Assembly: GCF_009914755.1 (NCBI RefSeq)
Contig: NC_060944.1
Reading direction: 5' to 3' (one strand)
Length of the DNA stretch: 64,000 bases
Source of the DNA: the human T2T-CHM13v2.0 reference genome, Homo sapiens
Positions 31,960 to 48,000 of this stretch are shown one piece after another (within the stretch, counting starts at the first letter, position 1; each line of letters starts with the position of its first letter). The notes beneath the pieces were generated by a model. The model was not told the DNA's origin. It was given only the letters and a program-made list of their open reading frames with translations, and searched no databases. The translations under genes were made by a program, and so were the position numbers.

Positions 31960-32735
31960 CCATGTTGGTGCACAACAAACTACACCAAACATTAGTGGCT
32001 TACAAACACAATTTATTGGCCAGGTGCAGTGGCTCACACCTGTAATCCCAGCACTTCGGGAGGCCGAGGCAGGCAAATTACTTGAGCTCAGGAGTTTGAG
32101 ACCAGGCTGGACAATATGGGGAAGCCCCATCTCTATCAAAAATACAAAAATTAGCCAAGTGTAGTGGTGCACGCCTATAGTTGCAGCCACTTGGGAGGCT
32201 GAAGTGGGAGGATTGCCTGAGCTTAGGAGGTCCGACGCTGCATTGAGCCATGATTGTGCCACTGTACTCCGGCTAGATGACACAGAAAGACCCTGTCTCA
32301 AAAACAACAACAACAAAAACAAAAACAGTTTATTATTCCTCATGGTTCCGGGGTTGATAGGGCTCAGCAAGGTGGTTCTTGCTTAAGTGTTTCATGCAGC
32401 TGCAGTCAGATGGCAGCTGGGGCTGGAGTCATCTGCAGGCTCATTCACATAGTTGACAGTCAGCTGGGGGCTTGCTGAGACCGTTGACTGGAGTGACCAC
32501 ATGTGGATTTACCACAGGACCTGCACTTCTCATAGCATGGCAGCTGGCTTGTAGGAGGGAGTGTTCCAAGGCCAAGCATTGCAAGAGGCCTGGCAGAGGC
32601 CATAAGGCTTCCTGCGACCTAGTCTTACAAATCCCAGAATGTGCCTTCTGCTATATTCTATTGGCCAAGAAAGTCACTAAGGCCAGCCTAGATTCATGGG
32701 GAGGGAATTACACTTCTCTTCCTGATACAAGGAGT
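31960..32735 (-). mobile_element. MLT1-type LTR containing an Alu (32018-32326, plus strand)
   Basis: aacaaactacaccaaacattagtggcttacaaaca...gtcactaaggccagcctagattca...ggccatctttggagact. Confidence 0.75.
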
Positions 32736-34652
32736 ATGATATATATCGCAGGAAGGCAAGTATTGGTGGTGGCCATCTTTGGAGACTAGCTACCAAGGTC
32801 ACTTTTTCCTGATTCAGTCAGAGCTTTGCAGGATTTGGGTTGTTGCAGCATGAATGCAGTGAGAAAGATGGTCAGTAGTTTCAAAGAGTCTCTTGAAACT
32901 TACAGCAGACAGGATGCTTTGTTGCAGTAGCCGGGCTTTTGTAAAGAGGAAAGAGCTTGAGGGACTGAGCACTTGAAATTGATGCCAGAATGGTAAACAG
33001 GGAAGAATACAGAAGCTGTTTTTCTGCCTAAAAGGAAATAAAAGTTTGACCAGCTAGTGGGAATAAAGGAATCACAAAGAGATGTAGCTCATAGTAGATA
33101 CTAGAGCTCCCAGAGTAAATTTGAGGTATCCCAGAGCAGAAGGGACTGTTGCCTGGCTCCTCAGGTGTTGCCTGAGAGAACACAAGCTCCTGGCATGGGC
33201 TGGAGAGAGGCTGAGGACCCCTGGTGGGAGAAGGTGGCTGGGAGGTGTCCTCCAGGGTCCTGTTTGTCTTTGTAACACGGTGGTGATGGTGAGGGTGTAG
33301 AGAAGAGGGTGAGTGTAGCCGGTGGACTTGGAGGTGCCTCATGGTCAGGACAAAGATTTAGTAGGGATTCTGTGGCTCAGTGGATGGCAGTGGATAGTTG
33401 CTGGCAGACCTGAATCACTTGTATGCCCCTGGTGCCAGGTCAGAATAGAAGCTCCCAGAACACTGACTACCCACAAGGAGAAGGAGCAGTGGGAAGCAGA
33501 GGAGCTGGAAGTGGACCAAGAATCTACTTAAGATAGTCTTTTGAAATGTCCAGATGTGGCTGGGTTTACCTTCAACTAAGTTTGTGCTACTGAGCAGAAT
33601 GGAGTGGCAGTGGTGTTGGGAAGAGTGAACCTGAGTAATGAAGCAACATTTTGGAGAGGCTCTGTTTGTAGGTTTCTGGGCTAGCACCTGGGGCCACCTT
33701 CAACCTTTCATTCTGTCTCATCTCTCCCGTGCACTTGGCACCATGCCCCCTATTTCTACCTCCAAAACTTCTCTTGCCTCCGCCTTCTCTCCATCTGCAC
33801 TGTTGCTTAGCTCAGACCTGCGTTATTTCTCACCTGGACAACTGTGGTGCCTCTTAGGTACTTCCCTACCTCCAGGCTGTTGGGGCCTGATCAAACCCTT
33901 TTCTGCTGGCAGCCAGAGGGATGACCTCTGTTCTTTTTCTAGAACTGCGCCAATCCTTCTTGGAAATCATTCTGCACCCCAACCTATTTGCTTTGAAATT
34001 CACCTTCTCATTTATTGCACAACCCACTTTAATGGCCATCATTGATTTGCCAGAGGTGAACCCCAACTCAACTGGGCCAATGGAAGCTTTTGTCTAGATT
34101 TCTGGACTTGGGAACAGAGAGAGCTCATAACATGTATGGAGCACTTAGTGTCCATCCCCGAGGTAAGTACTTGATGGACATCATCTCCTTTGACCCTCAC
34201 AGCATTAAGCTGGTGCTGTTGTTATCCCCATTTCCTATGTGAGGACACTGAAGACAGAGAAATTAGACAAAACAATGAGTAAGCAAGTAGCCCTGATGCT
34301 TAACCAAGTTCCTGCGCTCCTACCTCGATCTCTTTGTGGTCATGAACCTGAGAGGTGTGAAACATTGGCAGTCACGAACGCCAGTGTGTGGAAGAGGCAT
34401 CCCTGAGAGAGGGAGCTGGCAGGCAAAGAGACGTGGAGACATGGAGATGGGAGAGGGGCAGGCTGCCAGTTAAGTCCCTGGCCCCGGGGGACCGGAAGGT
34501 CAACTGAACCTAGCTTGGCCTGTGGTTTGCGTATAGAAGCCAATTAAGTTCCTTCTGTGCCTGAGCTGGTTTCAGTTGAGCTTCTTCCACTGGCAAAGAA
34601 ACTTAACTAAATGAAAGTGATCACACCTGTCTCCCTGCTTAAGAACAGCCAC

Positions 34653-34957
34653 GGCCAGGCATGGTGGCTCACGCCTGTGATCCCAGCACTTTGAGAGGCC
34701 AAGATGGGCAGATCACCTGAGGTCAGGGGTTCGAGACCATCCTGGCCAACATGGTGAAATCCTGTCTGTACTAAAAATATAAAAATTAACTGGGCGTGGT
34801 GGCACACGCCTGTAATCCCATCTACTCGGGAGGCTGAGGCAGGAGAATCGCTGACCTGGGAGGCAGACATTGCAGTGAGCCGAGATCATGCCACTGCACT
34901 CCAGCCTGGGCAACAGAGTGAGACTCCGTCCATTAAAAAGCAAAACAAAAGAAAAAA
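34653..34957 (+). mobile_element. Alu
   Basis: Dimer with TSD aac.gccac. Confidence 0.95.
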
Positions 34958-35400
34958 CGGCCACTGGTTCCTCATTACCCTTGGATAGAAGCTCACTTCT
35001 TGTCATGACACAGCAGCACTGCAGGTGCAGCCAGCCTGATCTGTCACTGATCTCCCTCCTGCCACACCCATGCCCCCAACCCTGTGTGTCTCAAATCGGC
35101 TGGACTCCCTGCAGTTCCCTTAAGAACCCAGGAAGGTTGCTGGCCCTCCAGGATCAGGTGAGGTGAGATCCACCCACAGCTTGCTCCTCATCCCCAGCTC
35201 TAACGCCCCTTGAATCCATCTAGGATTTCACCCGGGCAGTCTCACCAGCTGTGGGCCTTTCCTTTTCTGGAGTCAAAACTTAGCTTCTCTTATGTGTCAG
35301 CTCCTAAGAACATTTGACAACATCTTAGAAAACTGCAAAGTATCCAAATGTACCCAGAGGCAACCACTGTTCACATCTTGACACACTTGTTATCAGAATT

Positions 35401-35565
35401 GTTTGTTTTTAGGGACAGTGCCTGGTTCTGCTGACCAGGCTGGAATGCAGTGGCTATTCACAGGCACAATCACAGCGCACTGCAGCCTTGAGCTCCTGGG
35501 CTCAAGTGATCCTCCTGCCTCAGCCTCCCAGGTAGGTGGGAATACAGGTGCATGATGTGCCTGGC
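35401..35565 (-). mobile_element. Fossil Alu monomer (FAM-like)
   Basis: Retains 7SL-like gtggctattcacaggc segment; TSD ttatcagaatt. Confidence 0.8.
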
Positions 35566-35861
35566 TTATCAGAATTTTTTTTTTTAATCCAAGAGAATAG
35601 AAGGGCTTTTGATGAAGAGCAGCAAGTTCGGGATGGACCCTCTCCCAACCCCAAACTCTTACCCGAGAGTGTGTGATCTCTGCTCCTGGAGGTTGTCTCC
35701 TAGCTGTAAGCTCTCAGCTTGTATTAGGAAGAATGCTTTCACCAGAACGTAATATATCACCTAAAAGTGGCTAAGCAACAAGAACATTTATTTCAAGTAA
35801 TGAAAAGTTCAAAAGTCAGTGGTTCCAGGTATCTGAGATCTGAGTGAACAGAGAACCATGA

Positions 35862-36291
<430 letters not shown>

Positions 36292-39130
36292 CCACATGCA
36301 TCTCTTTAATTAGGGAGGAAAGTGTTTCCCTGAAACTGCCTGAAGATATCCCCTTACAAGTCCCAAGTAAAAACTGGGTCATGGGAGCCCTCTAGACAGC
36401 ATCTGCTACACCCCATTTCTAGTTCATAAGATCCACTGATGTCCCAGTGGATTAGGCATTGGGTCACTTGGAAACTACTCCCCTCTATCCCTACCTCTCC
36501 TAACACAGTCTTTAAGTACCTCTGTTGGTTATCTTTTTAAGAAACCTACTTGCCCCTTCATTCCTTATTCTACCACATGTCCACAGAAGCTCTTGCCTCC
36601 CCACTATTGTCCCTGTCAACCTTCCTACCCTCTTCCCTTCACTGCTACCTCCCAACTTTTATATCTTTACTTTCACATTGTGACAGATGATAATGTTGAC
36701 ATTCTATTCTGCAACCATAATAAAATTCAGGTCAATACAAAAGTTGAATATTAATGAAAACTAGAAAGATAACATTTTCATTATTTAAGTATACCATATA
36801 TTTCCTCTGGGTATCTATATATGTAAGTTTTTAGAAACGTCTAGAAAAGTCCACATTGAGCCCATTACTGTGGTTACCTCTGGAGAGGAGGAAGGGAATA
36901 GGGTGGCAGTGGGTGGCCAAAAGGGACTCCAGCTTCATCTGCAATGTTCTCTTTTTTAAAAAAGGGGAACGTATTCATGTTTTGCTTGTGTCATTCGACT
37001 TCAATTTTTTAAAAAATTACTATTTATTTTCAGCCAATAACGTGGGCTCCGTGTGTTTGGATGTGCTTGCATGTTTGTGCCCAGGGAGGAGGAATATTTA
37101 CTTTGTGTGTGCCTGTGAATGAAGTAGAGTGATTAGTAAGCAGATGAAAAAGAAATGTAGCAAGCAAAAGCAAAACAAAAAAGGGGGCTGGAGAAAACTA
37201 ATTCACAACAATAATAAAAAGTATAGGAATAAACCCATTAGGAAATGGGCAAGTTCTTTATGGGGAGAACAACAGTGCATGAGTGAAGGACATACAAGAT
37301 AATAAGAATAAACGTAGAGCTCTACTGTATTCATGAATTCAAAGGCTCGGTATTGTATTGATGTCAATTTCTCCAACTTGACAAGCTGGCTTTACAATTC
37401 ATGTGGAGGAGTTAGTGTGCGGTACTAGTTAGCTAAGAGAGCTGAGAAGGAAGCACAACGAAACATGGCATTTGACTTCACAGATACCAAAAGGTGGGAC
37501 AGCAAAGAAAACAGTCTTGTACTGAAAGGAATAAATGGATTGTTGGGAAAAACAGGGGCTTCAGACACACCTGACTCAGAATATCAGGGAGTTTTACTTC
37601 AGGTCAGAGGGGAAAGGAAGAACTAGTCAACCCCTCATACTGCAATAATTGGCTGCCCGTTTGGAGAAAGGTTAGATCATATATCAATATGATAATCAAA
37701 ATATATTCCAGATGCATAAAGAACCAAATAAAAACAAAATTATAAAATTATTAGAAAAGAAGAAATAATATATTTAAATCTTAGGAGTAGGGAAGGACTA
37801 AACATGGTATCTGTATAAAAAAGGATCAAAGGAAAAGATTGATAAATTGGATTATGTCAAAACTAATAACTTCTAACAAAAGATTCTACAAAGAGTTAAA
37901 GGCAATGACAAGCTGGAAGAAAATATTTGTCACATATCTACAAAAGATCAATATCCAGATTATATTACAAAACTCCACAAGCCAGTGGGATAAAGACAAC
38001 CTAATGCTTAAAATGAGAAAAAATAACAGGCAATTCAGAAAAGAGAAAATACAAATGCTCAATATACATATGAAAATCTCACAAGCAAACAGGAAAATAC
38101 AAATTTTAAAAAGGATTCAATTTTTCACCCATGAGATTGGCAAATATTTAAAACAACCGCCTATGGGTGTGGGGATTACAGCCCTCTCATACCCTCTGGC
38201 TGGAAGCTTAAATGGTACAGAAATCATGGAGGACAGTGGTAGTATCTGCTAAAACTAAAACTGTGGACATATTAAGACCCAACATTCCATTTCCCAATCA
38301 CTCCCAGAGATATCCCACCACAAAGGAACATGCAATGTGGTTTCTGCAGCACTGCTCATGATGGAGGAAAGAAAAAGAAGCAATTAAATGTCCATGGAGC
38401 TTACAGAAGATAAAATGTGGTACATTCATGGGAATGAATACAACATAGCTATTAAAGGCAAAAGCAAGCTATGTGTAGCAATAGGAGTATATTGTAAAAA
38501 TGTAACACTGAGTGAAAAAAACCTGCAGCTTATAGTAAAATCGCTATAATGTGGTATGACTCATTGAAAATACATCAGGACTATGTGTTACTATGGATGG
38601 AGATACATAAAACTGTGGAGGGGGTGGGAAATGAGGACTCCAGAGGGTGGCCAAAGGGGACTACAGTTATATTCATATTGTCCTACTTTTAAAAAGGAGA
38701 ATGTATGCACACTTTACTTGTTTAATTAAAGTATAATTTGAAAAGATTCTAATTTGTTTTCAGCCAATTATGCTGCCTCTGTGCGTCTGGCTGTGCTCAA
38801 ATTTTTGTGCCCAGAGAGGGAGAACGTTTACTTTGTGTGTGTCTGTGAATCAAGCACAGTGATTAGTAAACAGGTTGAAATGGGATATGAAAAAACAAGG
38901 GCCAAACAAATAAGAGCAGAGGGCAACCTATTCACAGTTAACAGCAAAACCTATAATATACCTAGGAATGAATTCAACAAGAAATATGTCAGACTTTAAC
39001 CAGAGAAAACCATAAAACTGTCCTGAAAGATGTAAAAGATGACCTGAATTGAGAATAGAGCAATGTGCCGTGGTAGGAAGACTCTATATGATAAAGATGT
39101 CAGTTTTCCTTAAATTTATCCATAAACTCA

Positions 39131-39502
<372 letters not shown>

Positions 39503-41412
39503 TTAAAATTCATGTGGTAGGACTAATATGCAAGAATGACCAAGGTAATTTTGCAAAAACAACAAAGAGGGTGAGATTTGTCCTGCCAGTTAGCAAAGCA
39601 TATTATCAAGCTCAGGAGCAGACAAATATATCAGTGGACCAGATTTCCTACTGGGATTTAGTATCGGACAAAGGTAGCAATTTTAAATTAGTGGGGAAAT
39701 GATATAGAACTCCACAAGTAGTATTGGGACTAAAATTATTTAACCATTGTTGGGGAGATGAGAGGGAACTAAAGTTAGATCCTAAGATTCATGTATGCAT
39801 ATGGAATTTATTTTTTGCATGTGGTAAAAAAGGCATACACACACACACACACACACATATATGTAAATGATAAATGTTAGAGAAGAAATACAGGAAAAAT
39901 GCTTATGACCTCAGTACAGGAAAGGCTTTCTTAAATAAAATTGAAAAAAAGACATAAAATTAAAATAGATCGATTTGACTGTATCAAAATTTAAGATTTC
40001 TCCAAAGACACAATACAATTAAATGACAAGAATCACAATACAGAAAATATTTGCAATACACATAAAGTATACAAAATACATAAAGAACTTCTAAAAAATC
40101 AATAAGGAAAAGACAACATACCCTAAAAAAAAGAAATGGGCAAAAGATTTGGACAAGTAATGCAGAGAAGGAAATATAAATGGATAGGAGACACAGACTT
40201 CAGCCATCCTGGTAATTCAGAAAAATGCAAACTAAAACAAGATATTATTTTTCACCCACCAGATTGGTTAAAATGTAAAACTTGGAGATGGTCTGGAGAA
40301 ATGGACACACATACTGCTGGCATGAAATTAAATCAGAAAGGTACTTTGAAGAACATTTTAGCAGTTACTATTAGAATTTAAGATGTGTAGACTCTATGAC
40401 CCATCAATTCTGTTTCTAAGTATCTGCTCCAGAAAAACACTTGTACATGAGCAAAAGTGGCATGTACAAGGATGCTGTTACAGGTTTGTCTTATTGAAAC
40501 AAGACTGGAAGCCTTTTAATAGTCGATCAATAAGCAACAACTAAATAAATCATAGCACAATCAGTTCTGGTTGCCAGCGGCCAGCTGAAAGGGGCAGTGG
40601 AGCCAGCTGCGGCAGGTGACACGCGACATGAGGAGAGTCCCGTAAGGTGCCCTGAGCTCAGGAGCAGCACCTCCAGTGTGTACACCACCACATCTATGCA
40701 AGCAAACAAAAGCAACAATAGAACACAGGACATGTTTCAATGCGCATAGGAGAACATTTTGGATCAACAGCAAATGCCTAACAGCAGCTGCCTCTAAAGT
40801 GGGGAAGGGGCCTGAGGTCAGGCTGGGGAGGCCAGTAGAGACTTCTTTACCTAAAATGCTCTAATTTTATTTAAAGGAAAATGTATTCATGTATTACTTG
40901 TATAATTAAAATTTAATTCAAAAATTCTAATTCATTTTCAGCCAATTAGCTCTGATTTACATGTGTGCTGTGTTTTCATTTGTGTGCCCAGGGACAAAGC
41001 ACATTTGCTGTGTGTGTGTCTGTGAATGAAGCATAGTGATTAGTAAACTGATTAAAATTTGGAAAGCAAAATGAAAAAAGGGAAAGTTTTTCCACTCACA
41101 AAAGCAACAAAACTAATAAGGTTTTCAGGAATAAACCTATTAAGAACTGTGAAAAATCTTTATGACAAAAGCAACCAACCTTTATTAAAAGGCATTAAAA
41201 ACAAAACAAAACAAAACAAATACAATTCTGATTAAAAAGAGACAGACACCATGTCCACAGATGGGAAGAACTTATATTCTAAAGATGTTAATTTCCCCTT
41301 CAATGCAATTCTTCTCAAACTTCCAACAGACATTTTGTTCACAGAACTTTGACAAGCTGATTATAAAATGTACCTGAAAAAGTAAATGTGCAATATGACC
41401 AAGACAATTTTA

Positions 41413-41722
<310 letters not shown>

Positions 41723-44399
41723 GGAATAAAGGCCTTGGGGGAAGGGTGGAGTGCTTATCTTATCAAGCCATAAGACACTTTATTAAGCTTTGCTCATTAA
41801 TATGTACTATTGGCTCAGAAATAGACAAATAGATCAACAGAACCGGAGTCTAGACAGGGAATTGAGAGAAAAGATGGTGTTGGAACAATAAATGGTGCTT
41901 AGCAAACTGGATATCTGGAAAAAGAGCAAATTAGAGCTCTGTGTCACACCATACATGAAAACACATCTCAGATGGGTTAAAGATTTAAACATTTCAAACA
42001 ACTATAGACGTTTTAGATGCAAACACACAATGTATATACACTGCGGTGGGGACCTGCTTTCATCAGCAGTGCGGCAGGACACTTAAGCATCCAGTAGGGT
42101 TCCAGGCCGACCTCACCTCCCACCTTTGGAAAGGGCCTGCCGAGCATCTCCATCTGGACCTCACAGACTCCTCTTCCTCCTTCTCTCCAGCTCCACCTGG
42201 TCCTGGGAAGAGGGACTGCCACACCGGATGGACTGAGGTCTGAAGCCAGCTCCTGCCACTTGTGCTCTGTGTCAATAAGGCATCTCCCTCTCTGGCTTCC
42301 AGTTCCTCCTCTATGAGTAGGTAATGGGGTTACGCTCCATTTCTTGTGGGGAAATGTGAAGCTCGTATGAGATGATCAATGTGAGCATGGATAAATGGCA
42401 TGGAGCTTACAAGGATGAGGGGAGCAGATACCTCTACTTTGTCTTGATCCACTCCCCATAACCCCTGCTACGCAAGACTTAACATCCAATTCTTCTTCCT
42501 TGCATTGTAACTTCTGGATAATTGTCGTAGAATCTTTTTGGTCAAAAGAAGTTTGAGTGTTGACTTCTGACATTTGATTCCAAGGCAGAAAATACTGATT
42601 CGGCACCCAAGGAGCTTACTACCTGTTGCTAGGTGCTGAGAAACACACAAAATAATAAGACATAATCCCAGCCAAAAGACAGGATAAAACTGGTGCTAAT
42701 TAGAACTATAGTCGGTACACAGGTCAGATAAAAGCTCCCAAAAGAACATGGAGATCAAGTTACTCTCTAAAAGGTACATAATTTAATTTTGCCCCATTCA
42801 GTCAAATACACATTATTGCCCCAAACTAATTTATCCACCTCCATAGTTGATCCCAGCCCCTTTGGGAGCTCATCTCACTAATTGTCTCCATCCCTAATCG
42901 CTCAATTACTCAGGCTCCTTATCCTCAGAATGTTCATCTGCCAGCATTTCTCTCTCTTTTAAGATTAAAAGTCCTGGATCTTGCTGCTTCTTTCCTTAAT
43001 CGACTCCCACCCAAACTGCTCTGGCAGAGATTCTCAGAGGTCCCCCAATGGCCCCTTGGGGTGCTCATCAGCAGGGCCACCATGCTACCCAATTCCAGAG
43101 GCACCATGGAGGTTGTGCAGGTGCACACTGGAGTAGTTCAGGGATTGCCCTGGTCCTCCTGACCTCTCTGCACACACCCACTGCTGACCACCCTGTCTTT
43201 CTGCTGAGACACCTCCCGGCTCTTTCTTTTCAGTGCTCTCAGAGGATTCTTCTTCTCTTTTCTAATCTCCAAATGTTGGTGCTCCTTGGGCTTGATTTTT
43301 TTGTCCTCAGCCATCCCCTCGCCTAAAAATGCCCCAGAAGCCTGTCAACATCTGGATCCATATTTCCATTTGGGAGCCCCCTGGAGCCCTGGACTGGTCT
43401 CCATAATTTCTCACCTTGTGCTCTGGAGCTGTGCCTTCAGCTGTTTCTTCTCCATCTGCATTGGGATGTCTCAGCTTTTACCACTGGACTTGGGGTCTAC
43501 CTTACAGACCTGGCCCCTTTCCAGGGCTCCCCAGCTCTGAAAATGGCATTGCCATCTCACCAGTAAGGCAAACCAGAAGCTCAGGGGTCATCCTGAACGC
43601 TGCCCTCTTCCAGCCCCTCTTCATTCCATCCAGCACCAAGACTAACCAGAATATGCAGATCATGTCCAAATCCTGTCCACTACAACAAAGCTTCCGAACT
43701 AGCCTCCCTGTCTACCCATGCTGCTCTAATGATTTCTCCACAGAACAGCCAGAGTCCCAGGCAGATTACAGCAACATACCAGGGCAGGTCACATCCCCTG
43801 CTTCCCTCGCTCTCAGGATGTTGGCAGGAGCTCAGCCCTGGTCTCCAATGCTCTGTATAGCCAGAACTGCTTGTCTCTCTGGTCTCACCTCTCCTTCCTC
43901 TCTAGTCAGGCCCTTTGCTCAGAATGCTTTCCAATTTGCTTTGTCGTCAACTTTGTTCTCTTCTTTCTATCTTGGTTTGGAGGATCACCTCCTCAGGGAA
44001 GCCTCCCAGAGTCAGATGAGGGCAGGTCCCCTGGTGGCACACCCTTCAGTACTCAGTACCATTCCTTCAGAGTGCCTATCAGTGTTGGAAATTGTACATT
44101 TACATATGTGATTATCTGACTATGTCTTTCTCCCCTACTACCATGAGAACAGGGATTCTGACTATTTTAATTCATTCACCCAAGTATCCACAGTGCTAGG
44201 CACACTGCTGGGCTGGGCACACAATTAGGTGCTAAAAGAGAATTATGTGGAATGTATCAACTTTCGTATTAAACAATGGATGCTTAACACTTTGGGAGCT
44301 GAGCCTATACACCTGCTCATCTTTCCTAGCCTCAGCCTCCCAGCCCCTACCCTTCACATCTCCAAATCTCCCTTCTGGACTCCTTAGAGGACTCCTAGT

Positions 44400-45300
44400 G
44401 ACAGATCCATGTCCTCTCACATCTCACCATTATTCCAGCCTAGGCCATCACTCCCTCAACATGCTCTTATTAAGGCCATCAAAACTTACTAATTATGAAA
44501 TCCAAAGGAAAAATTCTCTATCTTATTGGAATTCTCTGCTGCATTTGACAGTGTTGATTACTTTCTCCTTGAAACTCTTCCCTAACTTGGTTGTCATGGC
44601 AACCCCCTCTCCTGGTTGTTTGTCACATCTCTCAGGCCCTTCCTTTTCTTTCTCCTTTTTTGCCTGCCCACACCTGGCTCCTCAAATGTCACTATGACTC
44701 ATGATTCTGACCTGAGCCCTCTCCCATTTTTTCTCTACACACTCTCCCTGGTAATCTCACTTATGCTTAGGGTCCCCATTACTCTGAGTGGTGACAGCCC
44801 TGGGCTAGTGCTTCCAGCTAAATCTCTTCCTGAGCCCTGGACACCAGGATCTAAGTGTCTGCTGGGCCCCACTTGGCTGTGTCTGAGTCCACTATCCTGT
44901 CCCTCAAACTGGCTCTCCATGCTGTGTTCCCCACCCCAGGGGCCTCCCCACCATCCACCCAGGACTCCACTCAAGATACACGGGACTGGGCATGGTGGCT
45001 CATGCCTGTAATTGCAGCACTTTGGGAGGTCAAAGTGGGAAGATTGCTTGAGCCCTGGAGATGGAGATCAGCCTGGGCAACATGGTGAGACCCTGTCTCT
45101 ATGAACGAACAAACAAACAAACAAAACCAAGACACATGGGAATTACCTTTGGCTTGACCTTCTCTCTCACTCTCACAGATAAGTACTCACTAATTATTTC
45201 TGGTTTTTATCTACCACAAGTTCTGATCTCTCTCCATCCCCACTGGTCTACTTCAGGCCTTCCCCTCTCTTACCTGGAAGTCTCCTGCCTCTGAACTGGC
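44400..45300 (+). mobile_element. L2 (similar to 30700-31400) with Alu monomer at ~44983-45128
   Basis: ggaattctctgctgcatttgacagtgttgattactttctccttgaaactc RT-region motif. Confidence 0.7.
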
Positions 45301-45680
45301 TACTTCTTCTAATGGATATCTGGGAGTTTTGGCTTTTTAGCATGCCTTATTCCTCCCTGAAGCCCCTTATTACTTTTAGGGAAATTTTCTATCTTATGTG
45401 GCTGTGGTGGGACCTGGGCCGTTCTCTCACATGGAAGCTATGGAGGCCCCTCCTCCAGGTCCTGCCTCTTACCACCCAGGTCCTATCGGGGATGGCACAA
45501 GGCCCAAGCTCAGCCAGCTAAACCAAGCCTCTCTCTGGACTTTGACTTCTGTCCAAATAGCGAAGAAATAGAATTCTTTGATGTCTAGGCAATACCAACA
45601 AATAGAACTGCTACTGAGACCCTGAATGTCCCATTCAAGCCTGTGACCTGGACCTTACCTATTTCATTGCTCCCTGGATA

Positions 45681-46291
45681 TTGTCACAAAGTCTTTTTGA
45701 TACAAAGAAAAATTTCTGAATCTCTATTTCAGACACTGGATTTCAAGCAGAAAATAATTATTCTGCCCCTACCTAGCTGGCTGCCTGTTGCTAGGTGCTG
45801 AAAGGTACAAGAAAATGAGAAAGACATGGCCCTAGCCACGAGGCAGACAAACCCGTGCTAATTAGAGCTGGAGTCAGTACCCAGAGGGCAGAGAAAAGGC
45901 CTCCCAAAGAACGTGGAGATCAGGTTACTTGCTAAAATGTACATAATTTACTTTTGTCCCTTTTCACCAACACTGCTAATCCCTTCACCTCTACACTTAA
46001 TCCCAGAGCTCCAGGGCCCCTCTCACTGCCCCGCCCTGCCCTTCCAACTGGGCTTGTACTGCTTCCTCCCTCCCATGTCTCCTGGAAGAATTAGCTCCTT
46101 CCTGGACCCACTGCCTGCTCCAACTCCCCCTCCCTCCTTTCTCAGCCAGACCCAGTTCATTCCCCCCACACCAAGAGGAGCTTCTGCCCCGTGCCCCAAA
46201 GTTGCTGTGACAAAAGTCCCCAAAGGCCAGGTCTAGGAGATGCCTGAGCCTCCACTGACCTCTGTGCATGTGGCCCACCAGTGGCCACTCT
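45681..46291 (-). repeat. Inverted repeat arm B (pairs with 26180-26791)
   Basis: 46201-46291 is an exact reverse complement of 26181-26271; remainder ~90-95% by eye. Confidence 0.95.
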
Positions 46292-47940
46292 GTCCTTTTG
46301 GAAACTGTCCTCTGGCTTCTAGGAACCCCATGTTTTTGGTCTTCTCCTCTGGCCCCTCCTTCTCAGTCTCCTCAGCAGGACTCTCTTCCTGTACCCATTC
46401 CTAAAATGTCACGAACTCGTTTCTGGCCTTGTCCTTCTTTGAGTGCATCTCTGGTTCTTCATCTATCCCTGTTGAGATGCTCACCCTTCTTTGGTGAGCT
46501 CCCAACCGGTACAGGTACATACACTTTCCTACTTGATGCCAGCTATGCACATTTTCCTTCCTTGCCCACCCTCGCCCTTTGCTCCTGCCTCTGACTCAGA
46601 CAGGTGGGAGGACTCTAGGTGATAGCCTTCTGGACTGCTTCTATCACATCTATCCTTAGGTCATCTCAGTCCAGAGCCAGCTCAGAAATTGTCCCCTGGC
46701 CCAAACTGTTACTCTAGCAGCTTTCCCTGAGAGGTGGCCATGCTGCCTGCTTTCCTTGCCCTTTCATTTTCCTCTGCCCCATCTCTCACAGGAAACTGTT
46801 CTTGATGAGGGTCTAGTGGCCCCTAATTACTACATCCAGTGGGCTCTCGGTCCCTGTCTAGCTGGCCTTTCTCTTTTGTCTGTTGGCTCTCTTTTGGAAG
46901 TGCTCCACATCCCCAGGTTTCCATGCCAACATAGGCTACAGGTGCTTTTTCTATGTCTCTCTGACTTCTTTTTCACCTTTGTGGGCTCCCCTCTCTCTGC
47001 CCACCCCTTAAATGGGGGCAAGGCTCTTTCTTGTTCCTGGACCCCTCTTTTCTCAGCTGACACGTTCTGCTAGAGCCAGCTCACCAAAGCCCATGGCTAC
47101 AATGACCATAGTCTCAAACCAAATCTCTTGTTTAAATCTCCTGCTGGATCTAGACCCTCTATCTAGCTCCTTGCAGGCCACCTCCTCCTGGATGCCCACC
47201 TCTGACTCAACCTGTCCAAAATTGAGCTCAATAACTTTCTCTTAGCCCCCAAACCTGCTCTTTCTCCTAGGTGTTCTTCCATTCACCCAGTCACTCACGA
47301 CAGAAAACAGGAAAGGTATCCTTTACTGTCTTTCTTTAACACCAGCAACCAACCAGTCAGCAGATTCTCCCAATTTCACCTCCTGGATCCGACCACTTCC
47401 TTCCATCCTCTTGGCCCCTACCCTTATCCCTCCTGGACCCCACCTGGACCAAGGCAATCATCTCCTCTCTGGCCCACACGCCTCCAAATTTCTCCAAGCA
47501 ACCAGAGTAATCACCTCAAAAGAGAAATCCTACCATGGCACCTGCTTGCACAAAATGCTTCAGGGGCTCCCTGCTGCAATTGAAGACCCAAGTCTTAAAT
47601 TAGACATAGTAACACTATGTGATCTGGTTCTGCTTTCTCCACCCCTAGCCTCTCATTTCATGCTTCAGCAATCCCCAGCTGTCTGAGTTCATCCATGATG
47701 GCTCTCACCTCTGCCTCTGCCTTCTACTTGAGTAACTCCTACCCATCCAGTCACCTCTTCTAGGAACCTCCTTGGATATTCCCATGAGATTTCACACCTG
47801 CACCACCAACCCCAGCTGCCCATGCTTCCATGTCCCAGGCACCTCTCTGGCCTTCTCCTTCCTATGTATCATTTTAGTGTCTGTCTGTGTGTTTTTCTTA
47901 ACTCTTTGAACTCCCAAGGGCAAGGATCATATTTATCTTC

Positions 47941-47942
<2 letters not shown>

Positions 47943-47996
<54 letters not shown>
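47943..47996. repeat. (TG)n microsatellite at tail of an Alu monomer (47997-48121, minus)
   Basis: ~27 TG units. Confidence 0.97.

Positions 47997-48000
<4 letters not shown>

Noticed and set aside
37839-38252. 137-aa Lys-rich ORF
   Set aside because: Decayed L1 ORF2 sequence
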